The notes under the pieces: generated by a model
What the model was told of the DNA's origin: nothing
Databases searched by the model: none
What the model saw: the letters and a program-made list of their open reading frames with translations, nothing else
Part shown: positions 25,354-37,949 of the stretch, piece by piece
Layout of the letters: each line of letters starts with the position of its first letter
Numbering within the stretch: position 1 is the first letter of the stretch
Position numbers and translations under genes: made by a program
Assembly (NCBI GenBank): GCA_030704615.1
Contig: CM060732.1
Span: forward strand, 40,548,001-40,612,000
From: Takakia lepidozioides
Taxonomy: Eukaryota; Plantae; Bryophyta
Direction of reading: 5' to 3'
Length of the DNA stretch: 64,000 nt

Positions 25354-28300
25354 ATGTGTTCTCAACGATTATGGAAGCTGGTTATAACTCTAGCTTTTCT
25401 TTTAGTACTAGTCAGTACTCCCCTAGCTGTGGAGTCAAAACGAAATCACAGTCGACATCGACGATCTGTCACATCCAGCACTCTAAGCGCTGCCAGACAA
25501 CAAATCGCTGCCGATTTTCTAAAATGGGTAGCTAGTGTCGGAGCCAGAGCCAAGTTGAAGGGTCAAAGCAATGCCAACGCGTCGTCAAGCAATTCCAAGC
25601 TTATTGGTAACTCAGGTCCCTTAGAACCAATTGTGGACCGGAAAGCTGTTGCGTCACCCACTAACTACATTGTGGTCGACCAAAACGGATGGGGAAATTT
25701 TCGGACTGTGAATGAAGCTATTCAATCGATTCCCAAGGACAAATGGCGATCCTATCGGATCACTATTCAAATCAATAACGGTATATACAGGTTAGCCTAT
25801 TCTCCTCTAACTCTCTCTTCGTAAGTACCTGTCTATTGTAGCATTTAAAATGAATCTACATGGCTAGGCAAAGCATGATCCAGTGTCCAGACCAGACTCG
25901 GTCTGCCTTCCCAAAATAATCGTCGAATAGTACATGGCGATCTCATCTCGGAGGGCTGAACGATGAGCTCAATTGATGCTTCGGTCCATAGAGATATATC
26001 TGTACTGGCCTGCTTGTCACAAAGCTCGGACTAGGGATGTCATTGCGCTTCAGATATGCTTAAATGAACAATTGTGTCTAAACGTCGAGTCTTTCGATTC
26101 GTAGTCGTGCAGATGAATGCTGAGCCTGTCTTGGATGCAGAGAAAAGGTTATGATAGGCAAGAACAGGCCGCTGATCACGTTGCAAGGATATGACCAACC
26201 CACCATCGTATGGAATGACAGTGCAATGCTCGTCGGCAATAAAACCTTTGACAGTGCAACTGTGGGTGTCAGCGGTAGCTACTTTATAGCCCGCAACATC
26301 ACTTTCCAGGTATACATCAAGGTTATGAAATGGCTCTCACTCTCGATTGTTTTGAAGTGCAATGACGTTCTGATTCACACACAATGTGTGAAACAATACT
26401 TACCCTTCATGATTGTAGTCTGCTCAGTCCATGCTGCACAGAGATACATGTATAATTTGCTAAGCTATATATCAGGCTCACAAGGATAAAGTTTTGCTCT
26501 GAGGTCTCCAAATGATCAATTCGACGAGTCACAGGTGATCATAGTCTCACGTAGGTTTGTGCGGCATTGTTGAACTCCAACTAGAGCTGCAATTTAACTC
26601 CTTCCAAAATTTAGCGTTAAAATCTTCACATCGTCACGACATATACAATTGGCGACCTTCTCATGTCTGCATAAGGAGCTCACTAAACTTGAACAAACTA
26701 CTGACTAATTCATGGTGCAGAACGATGCTCCATCTCCGCCAGTGGGAGCTGTAGGAATGCAAGCTGTCGCCCTTCGAGTCTCCGCGGACATGGCTGCCTT
26801 CTACAACTGTACAATGATCGGCAACCAAGACACCCTCTACGACCACAACGGCCGCCATTATTTCAAAAACTGCTTCATCCAAGGGGACATAGACTTCATC
26901 TTTGGAGATGGTCTCTCCATGTACAAAGTAAGTCCCAAAACCCACTCTCTCAACACATGTACATGCACCATTCCACAAAGACGTAGAGCATAGATGTGAA
27001 GTGGGTTTGTCCACTATAGTCACTTCCTGTAGGCTGTCAGAAGAAAATTCATGACTCGGTATACTTTCTGCGGAGCGTCAGAGTTTGTAATCGCTACAAA
27101 GCTGACAAAAGAGAACTAGGTTGTCGTCTTCCATATCCCACTTTCGATGGGAGTCTTCCTAACCATTGGCAAGTGGAACCCACAGTGGGGTCATAAGACT
27201 GTCAGAGAACCAGATATTTGTACACGTTTACAAAAAGGCCATGATGTGAAATGCATCGCAATTCACTTGATCACCCCCTAAAAGTGCGCAATTCAATTGA
27301 ACTAACCCTAATTTGCAATTCAATTGAATTGTCTGCACACGATTCAATTGGCAATTCAATTGAATTGTAATCTATATTTTTTAACTTATTTTTGTATATA
27401 ATATATAATATATGTACATGTATATATTCAAATTATATTTATACACATATAAGAGTATACGCTAAAAATACATGTTGCCCGTCTATTCTTGCTGTCCGTC
27501 TGTCAATCCTTTGCCGTGGTAAGGCTTGAGCCCAAGATAAGCCTAAGGGAGAGCGAGAGAGGGAGAGAGAGAGAGGGGAAGTCACGAAGCCGCTTGAAAA
27601 AGCGAGATTGTCTCTCTTTGTGGATGTTGGTGCCAATATATGGCTATGTACATATACCAAACATGATACCAATGTAAGAGTATCAACGTGTAAGAGTTTG
27701 ATATATTAAAATTATATAGAACACACATCCCAACTTCAACATGATACTTTTGTAAGGGTATCGAAATTTTTGATAATTCTCAAGATGAACATATTTTTTG
27801 TTTTCTTCTTGGGCGATACTAGTGTTAGGGGACTACATGGTGATGCAAGGGAAGCCTTTCATCAATTGTCAGGTTTGATTTTGTCTGTTTTTTTCGGAGC
27901 CAGCCATGTTTCTTTTGCCAGTGAATCACAAGAAGCTGCTGAACTGTCTCCGTCTCTGGCTCTCCCTTTCTCGCTGAGGGTGAGGGTGGTTTCACAACTC
28001 CACAATTTCCTCAAGGGCACAAGAAAGAGGGCCAGCAAGAATAGACGGGCAACATGTATTTTTAGCGTATACTTTTATATGTGTATAAATATAATTTGAA
28101 TATATACATGTACATATATATTATATATTATATACAAAAATAAGTTAAAAATTATAGATTACAATTCAAGTGAATTGCCAATTCGCAATTCAATTGAATC
28201 GTGTGGCGACAATTCAATTGAATTGCGCACTTTTAGGGGGTGATCAAGTGAATTGGGATGCATTTCACATCAAGGCCTTTTTGCTCGAACATGGGTGGAA

Positions 28301-29238
28301 CCTCCCTTAAAAATTCATTATGTAAGTATCTAGATACAGACACCGATCCCAAGGAATCGCACCCATGTATCCCCTGCACCACGATGTATTTGAAATTTTG
28401 AAACCTCGAAAGTGGTGAGTTCACAACCGGCAGGTCATGGGTCCCGGGATTGCTCAGTGAACCTGAACGCCGTACCTACAGAACATGAATTGTCTTCTAT
28501 CACATGGAACCCACCTCTGCAATGGGTCTGTAATGGGGGTTGTAGATGATAGTTGATTGCATGGCCATTTGGTATTCCATACTCGCACCGCAGGCTGCAA
28601 ATAATTGCGAGATTGACCAACTGCTGACGAGGTTGCAAATGATGGTGGTGTGCAGAGCTGCGACTTGAATGTTGTACCAGCTGCGTCAGGAGCAGTTACT
28701 GCTCAAAAGCGACAGAATGCAACAGACCCCAGCGGCTTCTCCTTTCTGGACTGCCTCATCAGCGGCAGCGGGCAGGTGTACCTTGGCAGGGCATGGGGCC
28801 CCTTCTCTCGCGTTGTCTACGCTTATACCTGGATGGAGAACATCATCTACGGCCCAGGCTGGATGGATTGGAATATTCCAGCCCGAGACGAGTACGTATT
28901 CTCATCCCTGATATACAGTACTTTTGAATAACACCCATATATGCATGTGCATGCGTTCTTGTTTGTTTGCTGTGTGTGGGGATGAACATTTTGTTGATCC
29001 GCATTGCAGAGAGTGGGTCCTCAGTCCTTTTGTGAATTAACTATCGTTAATTCACAGTTCTCAATCGGGAGTGTTTGGCTGGTGCAGCACTGTGTATTAT
29101 GGGCAGTACAAGTGCGGAGGCCCAGGAGCTGTAGAGCTTGGAAGAGTAGCATGGTCGCATGAGCTCTCGGATGCAGAAGCGGCTCCCTTCCTCGATATCT
29201 CTTTTGTGGATGGTGCAGAATGGATACCTGAGGTTTGA
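25354..29238 (+). CDS. Pectin methylesterase (group 1); exons 25354-25790, 26141-26309, 26721-26927, 28656-28891, 29088-29238
   Basis: Signal peptide, [14 protein letters not shown]|[47 protein letters not shown]. In-frame GT-AG joins, ends in TGA. Confidence 0.94.
27231..28283. mobile_element. Foldback / long-TIR non-autonomous element in intron 3 of the third PME gene
   Basis: About 250-bp inverted arms (27231-27494 vs 28033-28283) from CAAAAAGGCC to TTCTTGCTG. The arms contain the repeated palindrome CAATTCAATTGAATTG. No clear TSD. Confidence 0.85.
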
Positions 29239-30069
29239 GGAGGTTTGAGGAACTATGTGACTTTAAGGGTCTGCAAGGCCTGTCCAGAATTGTACATACA
29301 TTCTTTTATCAACCAAGTACCTATATCAAGGTTCTCTCCAGTCTTAGTGTTGAGCCAAAGGGGCCTCAACATTTTGTAGCTGTTCCACTGGTGAATAAGC
29401 CATGAAATCTTGGCCCTATACATAGCGAGCTAGTAGCTCTGCTTGCGACCTTAACTGTTTGACCAGAGTCACTGGTTTACGAAGCTTTTGAAGCAATAAA
29501 ATGATGATGTGCTATCATGTTGTGGCACTGGGTGTTCAGTGGAGAAACATGCAGTATATTATTACTTGTGTCATTTTGCGAAAAAGTTGCCGTGGAAGAA
29601 AACAATTGATGATTGTGATTCGTAACATAGATCATGTTTCAATGTACAAGGTTTACATGATTGCACAGCCAACATGAAGTGCACCCGGCAAACTATTAGC
29701 ATGTGAAAGCACCACTCCAGAAGAGTAGTTTTATTGTAAGAAGAGGTCACTAAAACTGCCCTCCCAGAGTTTGGAGGTGGCCACACAAATCTGCAGTGTC
29801 CCACCTGACCTTTACATGAAATGATAAAGGTGGTTTTACAGTGTCATTAGCGATATCAAAGTCACCAGACTCCGGGTGTGCATGATGTTTCCTATATTCA
29901 TTTAACGATCTGCTCAATATTTGATTCAGTTTGATTGCTGCACAAAAAATACATAAGCTTTTCCACAAACATTGTAAACTACATTAAACATCAATTAGGA
30001 GTGCTCCATATAGCAGCTTTGCTACCAGACCCAGCACAGTACCCCACATTAGCCCACGGAAGCTCTAAG

Positions 30070-33000
30070 CTATAGTGACTCTGTAAACTGGGATGCATTC
30101 AAATCAAAATCCTGCTTCATTATTGAGGACAGAAACCATTCAGCGTTGAAAGTTCGAAGACCTGCTTTTGCAGCCACTATTGCTTCCTCCATATCCTCTT
30201 CACAGGCGACTACAAACCCATTTGTGGCAGCAGCCAATGAGAGTACTTCATCAAGGCTTGAGAAAACCTGCGATACTCAAATGCTTGTTTTGTCAACTTC
30301 AGACACTGAGCAAGTTACATATACAATGTGAACTGGTGCTGGCTGAATGATTCTAGGGTGTATAAATTACCTTTCTGGACCACTTTTTTGTATCCACCCA
30401 CTTGTGCATTACCCAAGCTTGGAAGGTTTACCACATTCACAACCAGCTGAAATACTACATTGCTCAGCAATACTGAAGATTCTAACTTATGCAATATTTG
30501 TGATTTTCTCTTATCCTCTTTGCCTCTCCATTCCAGCCCCTCAGAATTTTCTTACCTTGGCACCAGCAGACTGAGCCAGCTGGCATATGATGTTGAGTGA
30601 TGGCTGGACATTTGGTGTTGGATACACATAGAAGCCTTGCAATAGACCATGTGGTTTTTGTCTTGCTTTCTGTACTGCATTGGCAACTGTGATTTTGTAC
30701 TTTGACTCAAACTGTTTGTCCTTAAGCACAAAGGGCTTCTCATCTGCAAACAAAAAGTCGCAACAAATACGTTATATATACTCGGAAACTGTTTAATCCC
30801 CAAAAGATGTTAGCCTGAAGAGTTTTTGTAAAAATCCTCCCTTCAGATGAAGTCTTGCACCTGAAAAAGAGTGGCCATAGCACAAGTACTATTTATTGTT
30901 AATGGTAGAGTGATCTTACCGACAAAATGATTTTGTTTGCTGCTTGCCTTCAACCAATCTGGGGACACAACCCAGGACCTGCAAACACAAACACGATATT
31001 CATAGTGAGAGCAGTGTAAAAGAGGGAAAAAACCCAGTTAGAGATATCTATCAGAGTGAAAAGGTGAGACTCCTTACCCAGAGCAAAGAGCAGTGCAGAA
31101 ATTGAGAGTCGTGCGGACTTCTCCTGTAATCACATGTGTGCACTGGCAGCCTTCACTTGTAACCCTCCCGCCTAGCTTCTCTACAAACTGCGGTCAAGCA
31201 TTAGTAGGGCAGGGAGAGAAAGAACGAATGAAAGAAACTGTTTAACGTCGGAAGCTGAAAGAGCTTGTGACAAAAGAAGCATGATACAAGAAAGAGGTGG
31301 GGCCCTCAACAAGCAGACCAAAAACCATTCAACATCAAGAGATTCTCCAAGGTGGAGAAGCTCATGTTGATATGCTGCAGAGAGAGGAGATGCTTTGTAC
31401 ATCCGCAGGAGAAGGAGAGGGCCTATGGACGCCCACAGATGGCAGTAATACAACAGAAGCCCAAGAACATATCACTTCCTCCAGGGCTCAAAGACATTGA
31501 TTGTCATGGCGGCTCCAGTACTCCGATCGATGTTCATAGAAACAAGTCTTACTCCTTGAAGTTGGGTAAGATTGTCAGCTTTGAACTTTTCAGTTCAGAA
31601 GAGCTGCAACTCATGAAAAACACCATAACAAATCTCATGGATGAGGCAATAATGGTGCTTTCACATGGTTAATAGACCTTAAAGACTACGAAAAAAGAAG
31701 ACATACCTCAGTTAGTTGCACCCGCCGAGTTTCATTTGCCATGTTCATAAACATAATGACATGCCTTGGGGACTCCCTGGGTGCAGCATTGTCCAAAGAA
31801 TCATCTCGTGCACCTGTGGGTGCTTGGGCGGGTTCTCCAGTAGACTCCTGTGTATTTAGTTCTAACGTAGCATCTCCATATCTATTGCTTTCCAATTTAT
31901 TGGCAGTTCCAGTCATCCCTTCGGTGGCAGATTGGTGCACACCCACTGTTCGGTGATTTTCTTTGTCCATAGTAGACAGAGACCCCTCTATCTGGGAGTG
32001 GAGTCCATCTTCCATGGTTTTCGACACTAACTTGCAGCATCCTGGATCATAGCCCCTCCTGCATCTGGTAGATCTCCTACCCACCACTTTGACTGGGGAT
32101 ATACTGCGCTTGTTAGCGGCCCTAATCATTGCACCACGGGCCGCTCTCTCAGCGTCCAAAACCTCTCGGATGGTTGGCTCTTTATTGCCCATCCTGGTGG
32201 GGTAGCCTGCATCAGTGATTCATATAATCCAGGATCCTTTTGTTAGCACAGCAAGGTACAACACGTCCATAGTCAATCTGGTTCAAAGCTTTGGCCCCCA
32301 AAATTTACGAAAATAAACGTAAACGTGGACAAACGGTCTTGCCCATACCTTTCTGCAGTTACAAGAAAAGAGGTGCCAAAAAATGGAATGAGGTTTCTTA
32401 AACGTTTTCCTTGGGAAGCATCATCAGAATACGGATTAGTACCAGTAAGGATTGTATGCTTCTTACAGAGGACAAAGTGGACTTCATCCCTCGGTACAAG
32501 TAACAGAATCCAGAGTTCACAATTGTAATGGCGTGCTTACCCACAGAACCTCGAGTTTTTCCTGGAATTGTTGCTGCCACTTCGGATGCATTCACACGTG
32601 CCTTTGGGAGAGGTCTTTTCCTCAGAGGAGAAACAAGAGAGGTTGATAGACTGTTGTCAATGCCTTTCAGTGGCTCTTTGCAGGTAACACTGGGCAGCAC
32701 CCCTGTCATCTTGAGGGGTGCAATTGTGGTGCCCAATGACCTGCTCCCACTCGAGAGCTTCTCTGGTGGAGGTACAATGGGCACACTTAGAGAGGATGAT
32801 CTTGCACCTGGCAGAGGTGCTGGAGTTCCACCGAGGGCGTCTCTCTCGGCATCCAAAACCTCTCTAATGGATGGCTCTCGATTTTCCTTTCTGGGGTCTG
32901 CATCAGGGGGTTCATTCAAGCCAGGATCCGTTAAGAGTTAGAACAGGAAGGTGACAAGCCTTATTGCATACAGGTGGAAGAAAAGACCTGGATTCTGACA

Positions 33001-36000
33001 TTACTAACCCTCTAAAAACTTTTGTTATCAAAAACAGCAGGGGCACATGAGTGAGGTGGATAAGACAACCAATCAGAGCATGCTCTTAAAAATTGTTGCT
33101 TTGAATCGTATTCCTTAGGAGGACATTTGTGAAGACAAATCCTCAGCCTATCTAATTCTTCTAACAGAGGGCAAATTAGGGTGCTTACCCATAGAAACTT
33201 GGGATTTTCCTGGAACTGCTGTTGCTTTCACTTTGGAGGAAGGCTTCTTTCTCGTTGGAGTAAGAGCAGAGGTGGCTAGAGAATTGTCAACGCTTGGCTG
33301 CTTGCATGAAACACTGGAGAACAACCCTGACATGTTGAGTGGTGCCATTGTGTTGCCCAGCGCTCTGCCACCACTCGGGAGCTCCTCACTCGGAGTCACA
33401 TCAAAAGTGAGTTTCGCATCCTCTGCTTTGGGAGTAGATATTGACAGACCTGGTGACGGCAATTTTGCACCTAATTGAGGTGCTGGGATTTTCTCACTTG
33501 GTACAATCCCATCTACTGGAGTGACAACACCTTTGGCTGGAGCTGGTTTGACTGGTGCCAGCTCCACAGGTTTGTCATCACCTGAAAACTCAAGAAACCT
33601 TGGAGTGGTGACAGCAGGAGTGTTGCCACCTGGAATATCACTATCTGCAGGGGGCACACTACTATTTCTTCGTGCAGCAGCCTTCAATCGTACACCTGCC
33701 TTCACAGAGTCTTCATTTGATATAAAGGGAGAGGGGCCCCATGGATGACTGGCATTGGAATATGGAACCAAGCTACATAGGGTGATTGTTGGGGCAGTTC
33801 CACCTGACGATTTACTCCCCGTCACTGGAGTAACCAGAGTGCCTGCATGGGTCACCTCTGACGGAGCCCTCATCCCATCCCCACAAGCAGAGGCTGCCAG
33901 GGCTCGATCGGCAAGGCTTTCGTCACCGAGAATTATGTCAGTATGCATGGAAGTCACACTGGAAGTCAATGGTGCAAATGCCGTGCTGAAGTGACAGATC
34001 ATGAGAGTAGCACTACCAGGAAGGCACATGGCCTTACGGATCTCAGCTTTAATAGGCAGTTTGCGGGGCTTTCCCCGTCCATCCACCTCTGCTACTTTCA
34101 GGAAACCCTGCATCCATGACAAAATATTAAAATCATTCTGTTTGCATGTCACTTATGTAACTCTTTGGGTTCGATGTCAGTGGGCTTTCAGTGGACATTG
34201 TTCCTCTCTTCTTTCTATAAAGCACCATTTCATTTCATTTCATTTCTTACTTTCTTCTCCCACACACATCTCAATTCTGTGTGGATTCTTGTTCTTTTAC
34301 ATTCAGCCCCTGTATGCTATAAAGTTTCTTCTATTCTTCTTTCTCCAGCACTTTTCAGGAAATTCAATGTGAACTTATTCAGAGTGGTCCATGAAGGCAA
34401 TCCAGCTCGAAATAGCTTCATCAGAAAGATTGCTAATAACACAGAGGGAGAAGGAGAGTATTTGCTGGGAAAAAATAAAGCACCTGTCTGCTCCAGAAGG
34501 CTTCAGACTCCTGGTCACCCCAGCAAAATAAGGTCATCACACCTACATCCATCAGTCTCTTTGCCAGTTCTTTGAATAGGCAAGCACCTAAACCCTGTCA
34601 TCATGAGGCAGGAGATCTTGTCAGTGTAATTTCTGTAGAGTGAGCAACATGACCAGCATGCTGTGTGTAAATCATATACTTTGACCTTAAAGATGATTGA
34701 TTTGGGAAGCAAGTGTAAAGTTCCAGAGTCCATGATCATGCTACCTGGCGCTGATGGGTTCGGCAAACAGCAGCCAATGGGATTTCAGCAAATTGTGTAT
34801 CTGGAGGAAGTATTTGATATGTGATTGCACCCACCACCTGCCAAATGATCAACGGAGTTTGACTTCATCAAGAAAGAATTAAATAGTATTTGGAAGTCTA
34901 CAATGAAAGGATTTACATGCTCCTTCCTCAATCGTCGTTCTTCTCTCTCAGATCTGTTGTAGAATGTGATGATCGTGTTGACTAAGATGCTGCTACATAG
35001 TTAGCTACAAGTATATGAGCACCCATATAACAGTGAGATAAGAAAATTACTCACCTCATCGTTGGTGGTAGTCGCCCCAGAACGTGTGACCAACAAGGTG
35101 CAGTACTTCCTGCCCACCTTCACTTATCAGTCATTGATGTTAGAGAAATCCCTCTCTTCCCTCTCTCCCACTCATTCCTCTTCTCTCGCCTTAATGCCTC
35201 CTCTGAGCTCTCTCTTGGCTTTCCTTGGAGGTTACTAAGTTCCTTCCATTTTATTTTAAAGCACCATTTCATTTCATTTCATTTCCCTTTCTACTGGCCC
35301 AATCTTCATCCTCTTTCCTCCCATAGTGGAGGACTCAGTTTGACATCGAGGAGCTTAGGAAATCACAAAGCAGGCACTCACCCACTAGTGAGGCACCTTT
35401 CGAGGAAGTGAGACACTTTTCCAGTATTAGCTGCAAAGCTCATAGCTGGTAGTTCCTGGTGATACAGCTGCAGTACATCCTGATCCATTGCCAAAAGCAG
35501 GGCTGAAATTAATCCGAGAAAGATCTCACATCTTCACCAAAAGGAAATCCTTTGCATGCCATCAACAAAAATTCAGTCAATGGTTTTAGCAGCTGGGTGA
35601 GTGCTGTTGCTCATAGAAGATAGTCCTTAAAGTTTTGGATTCTGTTGATTATTTCAAAGTGGTATCTTTTCTCTGTTGGATGGTAGGAGAAAACATGAGT
35701 TATGCATTTATATTAACGTCAGGCAAAGACCGAAGGAAGCTACGAGTCTCTATATGGTGATGTACGCATTGACCATAGTCGCGCCTCTTTGCCACAAGGT
35801 CTGCTTGCTTCCTTTTCCATGCTAGCGTCTTCCCCACTAGAGGCTGTACTCATAAGACATTGTTTGCCGTAGCCTTGTGGCCATTGACCCCGCGCCCAGT
35901 TTGAGAGGGAGCACATAGGGTCAGAAACTACCTTCGTCAGGGGCTCCGGTAGTATGACTTACATTGAAATATGCAAGCACTAGAGAGACAAAAGAGAGAC

Positions 36001-37632
36001 CCAATGGTACCTGAAGAAGAAGCCGGCCAGGCTCAGATAAACTCTTGGGATTTAAGAGCACAAACGACAGTCCCCTTGGTAGAGTTGAACCTGTGAACTC
36101 ATCAAATTTAGGCATCACATGCAAAGAATGCAGACAGGATCCAACTCATTGAAGCTCAAAAGTACAGAAAATCCAAAGTCGTTAGGGTAAAAATTGCAGG
36201 GGCAGATTGGATGAAATTGGGGAAGAGATGTTAATTTCTGACCTTGGTTGCAAGTTTCACAACGAATCAAGTGCTTGTCCAAAGCGTTGTCTTCCCTGTT
36301 TTCAACTGAAACACACAAAGCACAAGGCTGTTGATCCACAGTAAAGAAAAGAGACCTGCATTTTACATTGGTTCCATGCAATGTAAAGACGAGAAGTGCA
36401 GCTGTAGCGGACTCTCCGCTGAAACGTCTCTCTTCTCAGTCGGGCAACTTACAAGAACCTAGGGATCACAAATTGGGACTAGGGTTATAGTTCCATGAAA
36501 GAGCATTGCCAAAAACAAAAGGAGACAGTGTAGGCCTTAGATATGCAATCAATTTAAGTGAAACCTAGGAGTAGTTATAAAATGAAATGAAATGAAATGA
36601 AATTGTACTCTATAACGTCCCGCAGAAGCTCAAAGAGCTTATGGGACAAAAGGAAAACAAGAAACAAAGAGGGGGCCAGAAGTGGCCCAAAAGCAACTAC
36701 TGCTCAATGGATTGCCTAAGGGTCGAAGCTTCATGCAGGAAGCTGCCAAGTATTTCTTATCCTCATAGTGGAAGACAAGAAAGAATAATGAAAGAAAGAA
36801 AACTCACACCATCCACCAGATGATTACCAAAGAGAACCTGTTGATTAAAGAGAAAAACAGATGCAGAAGATGAACACAAGACAGAGCCCAGGAAATGTTG
36901 TGGAGGGGAAGCTTACCAGTAATTGTGATGGAGGCAGCATCTTGAACGTGTAAGCGCACACAGTCAATGCTGTGCTCATCCTCAACGTGGGTGGGAAATT
37001 CCACAGTGCAATTGCCTGCAATCATCAAATGATACATAAATACAACCAGTGTATATAAAGACCCAACACATAATATTCAATGATGTGGGGGCACTAGAAT
37101 GTACAATCCAGGGGATACACTAAATTCTGAGTTTAGTTAACTGCAATTCGATCAAAGTGAATCGTTTGATTAGTGATTGACAAGTCTACTCAAACGTTTT
37201 TGCGATTCCTGGCACAATGTACGCCAAATGAATGTTCCGAGATGAAACGCCCCATGACGAAATCTAGACCGAAAGTACATTATTGGGTTCTAATACAACG
37301 ACGGCATTAATGTTGCTACTGTATATGAAAGAAAATGGCAGGGAGGAAAGTGGTTTTCAACCAAACGGCCCCCCTAGAATGAGCTGCAGAATAAGAGAAA
37401 CATGTTCCCTAACTACCATTTGACTTCTCCAAAGAGTTAAACCCCGGACAAGGGCATGGAGCAGAAAGCAATTCACGCCCAAAATCAAACTCAAACAGAC
37501 TCACTCACATATCAGAAACATTGCAAGGATGCTTTCACTGTGTAAGGTGGGTTGCGTGAGAGAAAGCACACCTATTGAGCAGAAGTTGGACACCAACGTG
37601 AGAGCTTCCTTCCTCTTTCTGGGCGGCACCAT
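30070..37632 (-). CDS. GNAT N-acetyltransferase + C-terminal tandem BRCT protein (At2g41450/BCP2-like), about 15 exons
   Basis: Start MVPPRKRK at 37632. Exons encode ELPAMSFAANTGKVSHFLERC, KYCTLL, GAITYQILPPDTQFAEIPLAAV, FCWGDQESEAFW, GFLKVAEVDGRGKPRKLPIKAEIRKAMCLPG, CTHVITGEVRTTLNFC, VSPDWLKAS, DEKPFVLKD and EWFLSSIMKQDFDLNASQFTESL*. Some 5' exon boundaries are approximate. Confidence 0.85.
31215..31560 (-). mobile_element. RTE/RTEX-like LINE 3' fragment in an intron of the BRCT gene
   Basis: 3' end (plus strand TTTAACGTCGGAAGCTGAAAGAGCTTGTGACAAAAG..GGGGCCCTC.ACAAGCAG) is homologous to 59719-59880. Confidence 0.7.
36580..36770 (-). mobile_element. RTE/RTEX-like LINE 3' fragment with (CATTT)n tail, intronic
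   Basis: (GAAAT)n followed by TATAACGTCC..AAGCTCAAAGAGCTTATGGGACAA, near-identical to 59721-59775. Confidence 0.75.
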
Positions 37633-37744
37633 CGTGTAGCAGAAATCGCAGATTATAGAAGCGACCCAGTGATGACAGGCCTCTGAATCGGTGACACAGA
37701 TTGTAAGAATTAGGGAGGAAAGGCTGAACTCAAACGTTTGAATT

Positions 37745-37949
37745 CAAACTTGGCGCTTTTGTTTGGCCCAAACGGAACGTTAACTAACGAACTCCTTAGT
37801 TGACGTTGTCGATACTTAGAAGAATCTCGAACTAGCTAACCGATGGATCAAACTTTGCGCTTTTTGTTTGGCGCAAACGGAACGTTAACTAAATCATTAG
37901 TTGACGTTGTCGATACTTAGAAGAAATTCAAACTAGTTAACTGATGGAT
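37745..37949. promoter_or_regulatory. About 104-bp tandem duplication in the divergent promoter of the BRCT and PPR genes, with E2F-like and AACGG motifs
   Basis: Units 37745-37848 and 37849-37949. TTTGGCGC at 37867, TTGGCGC at 37750, AAACGG in each unit. Confidence 0.65.
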
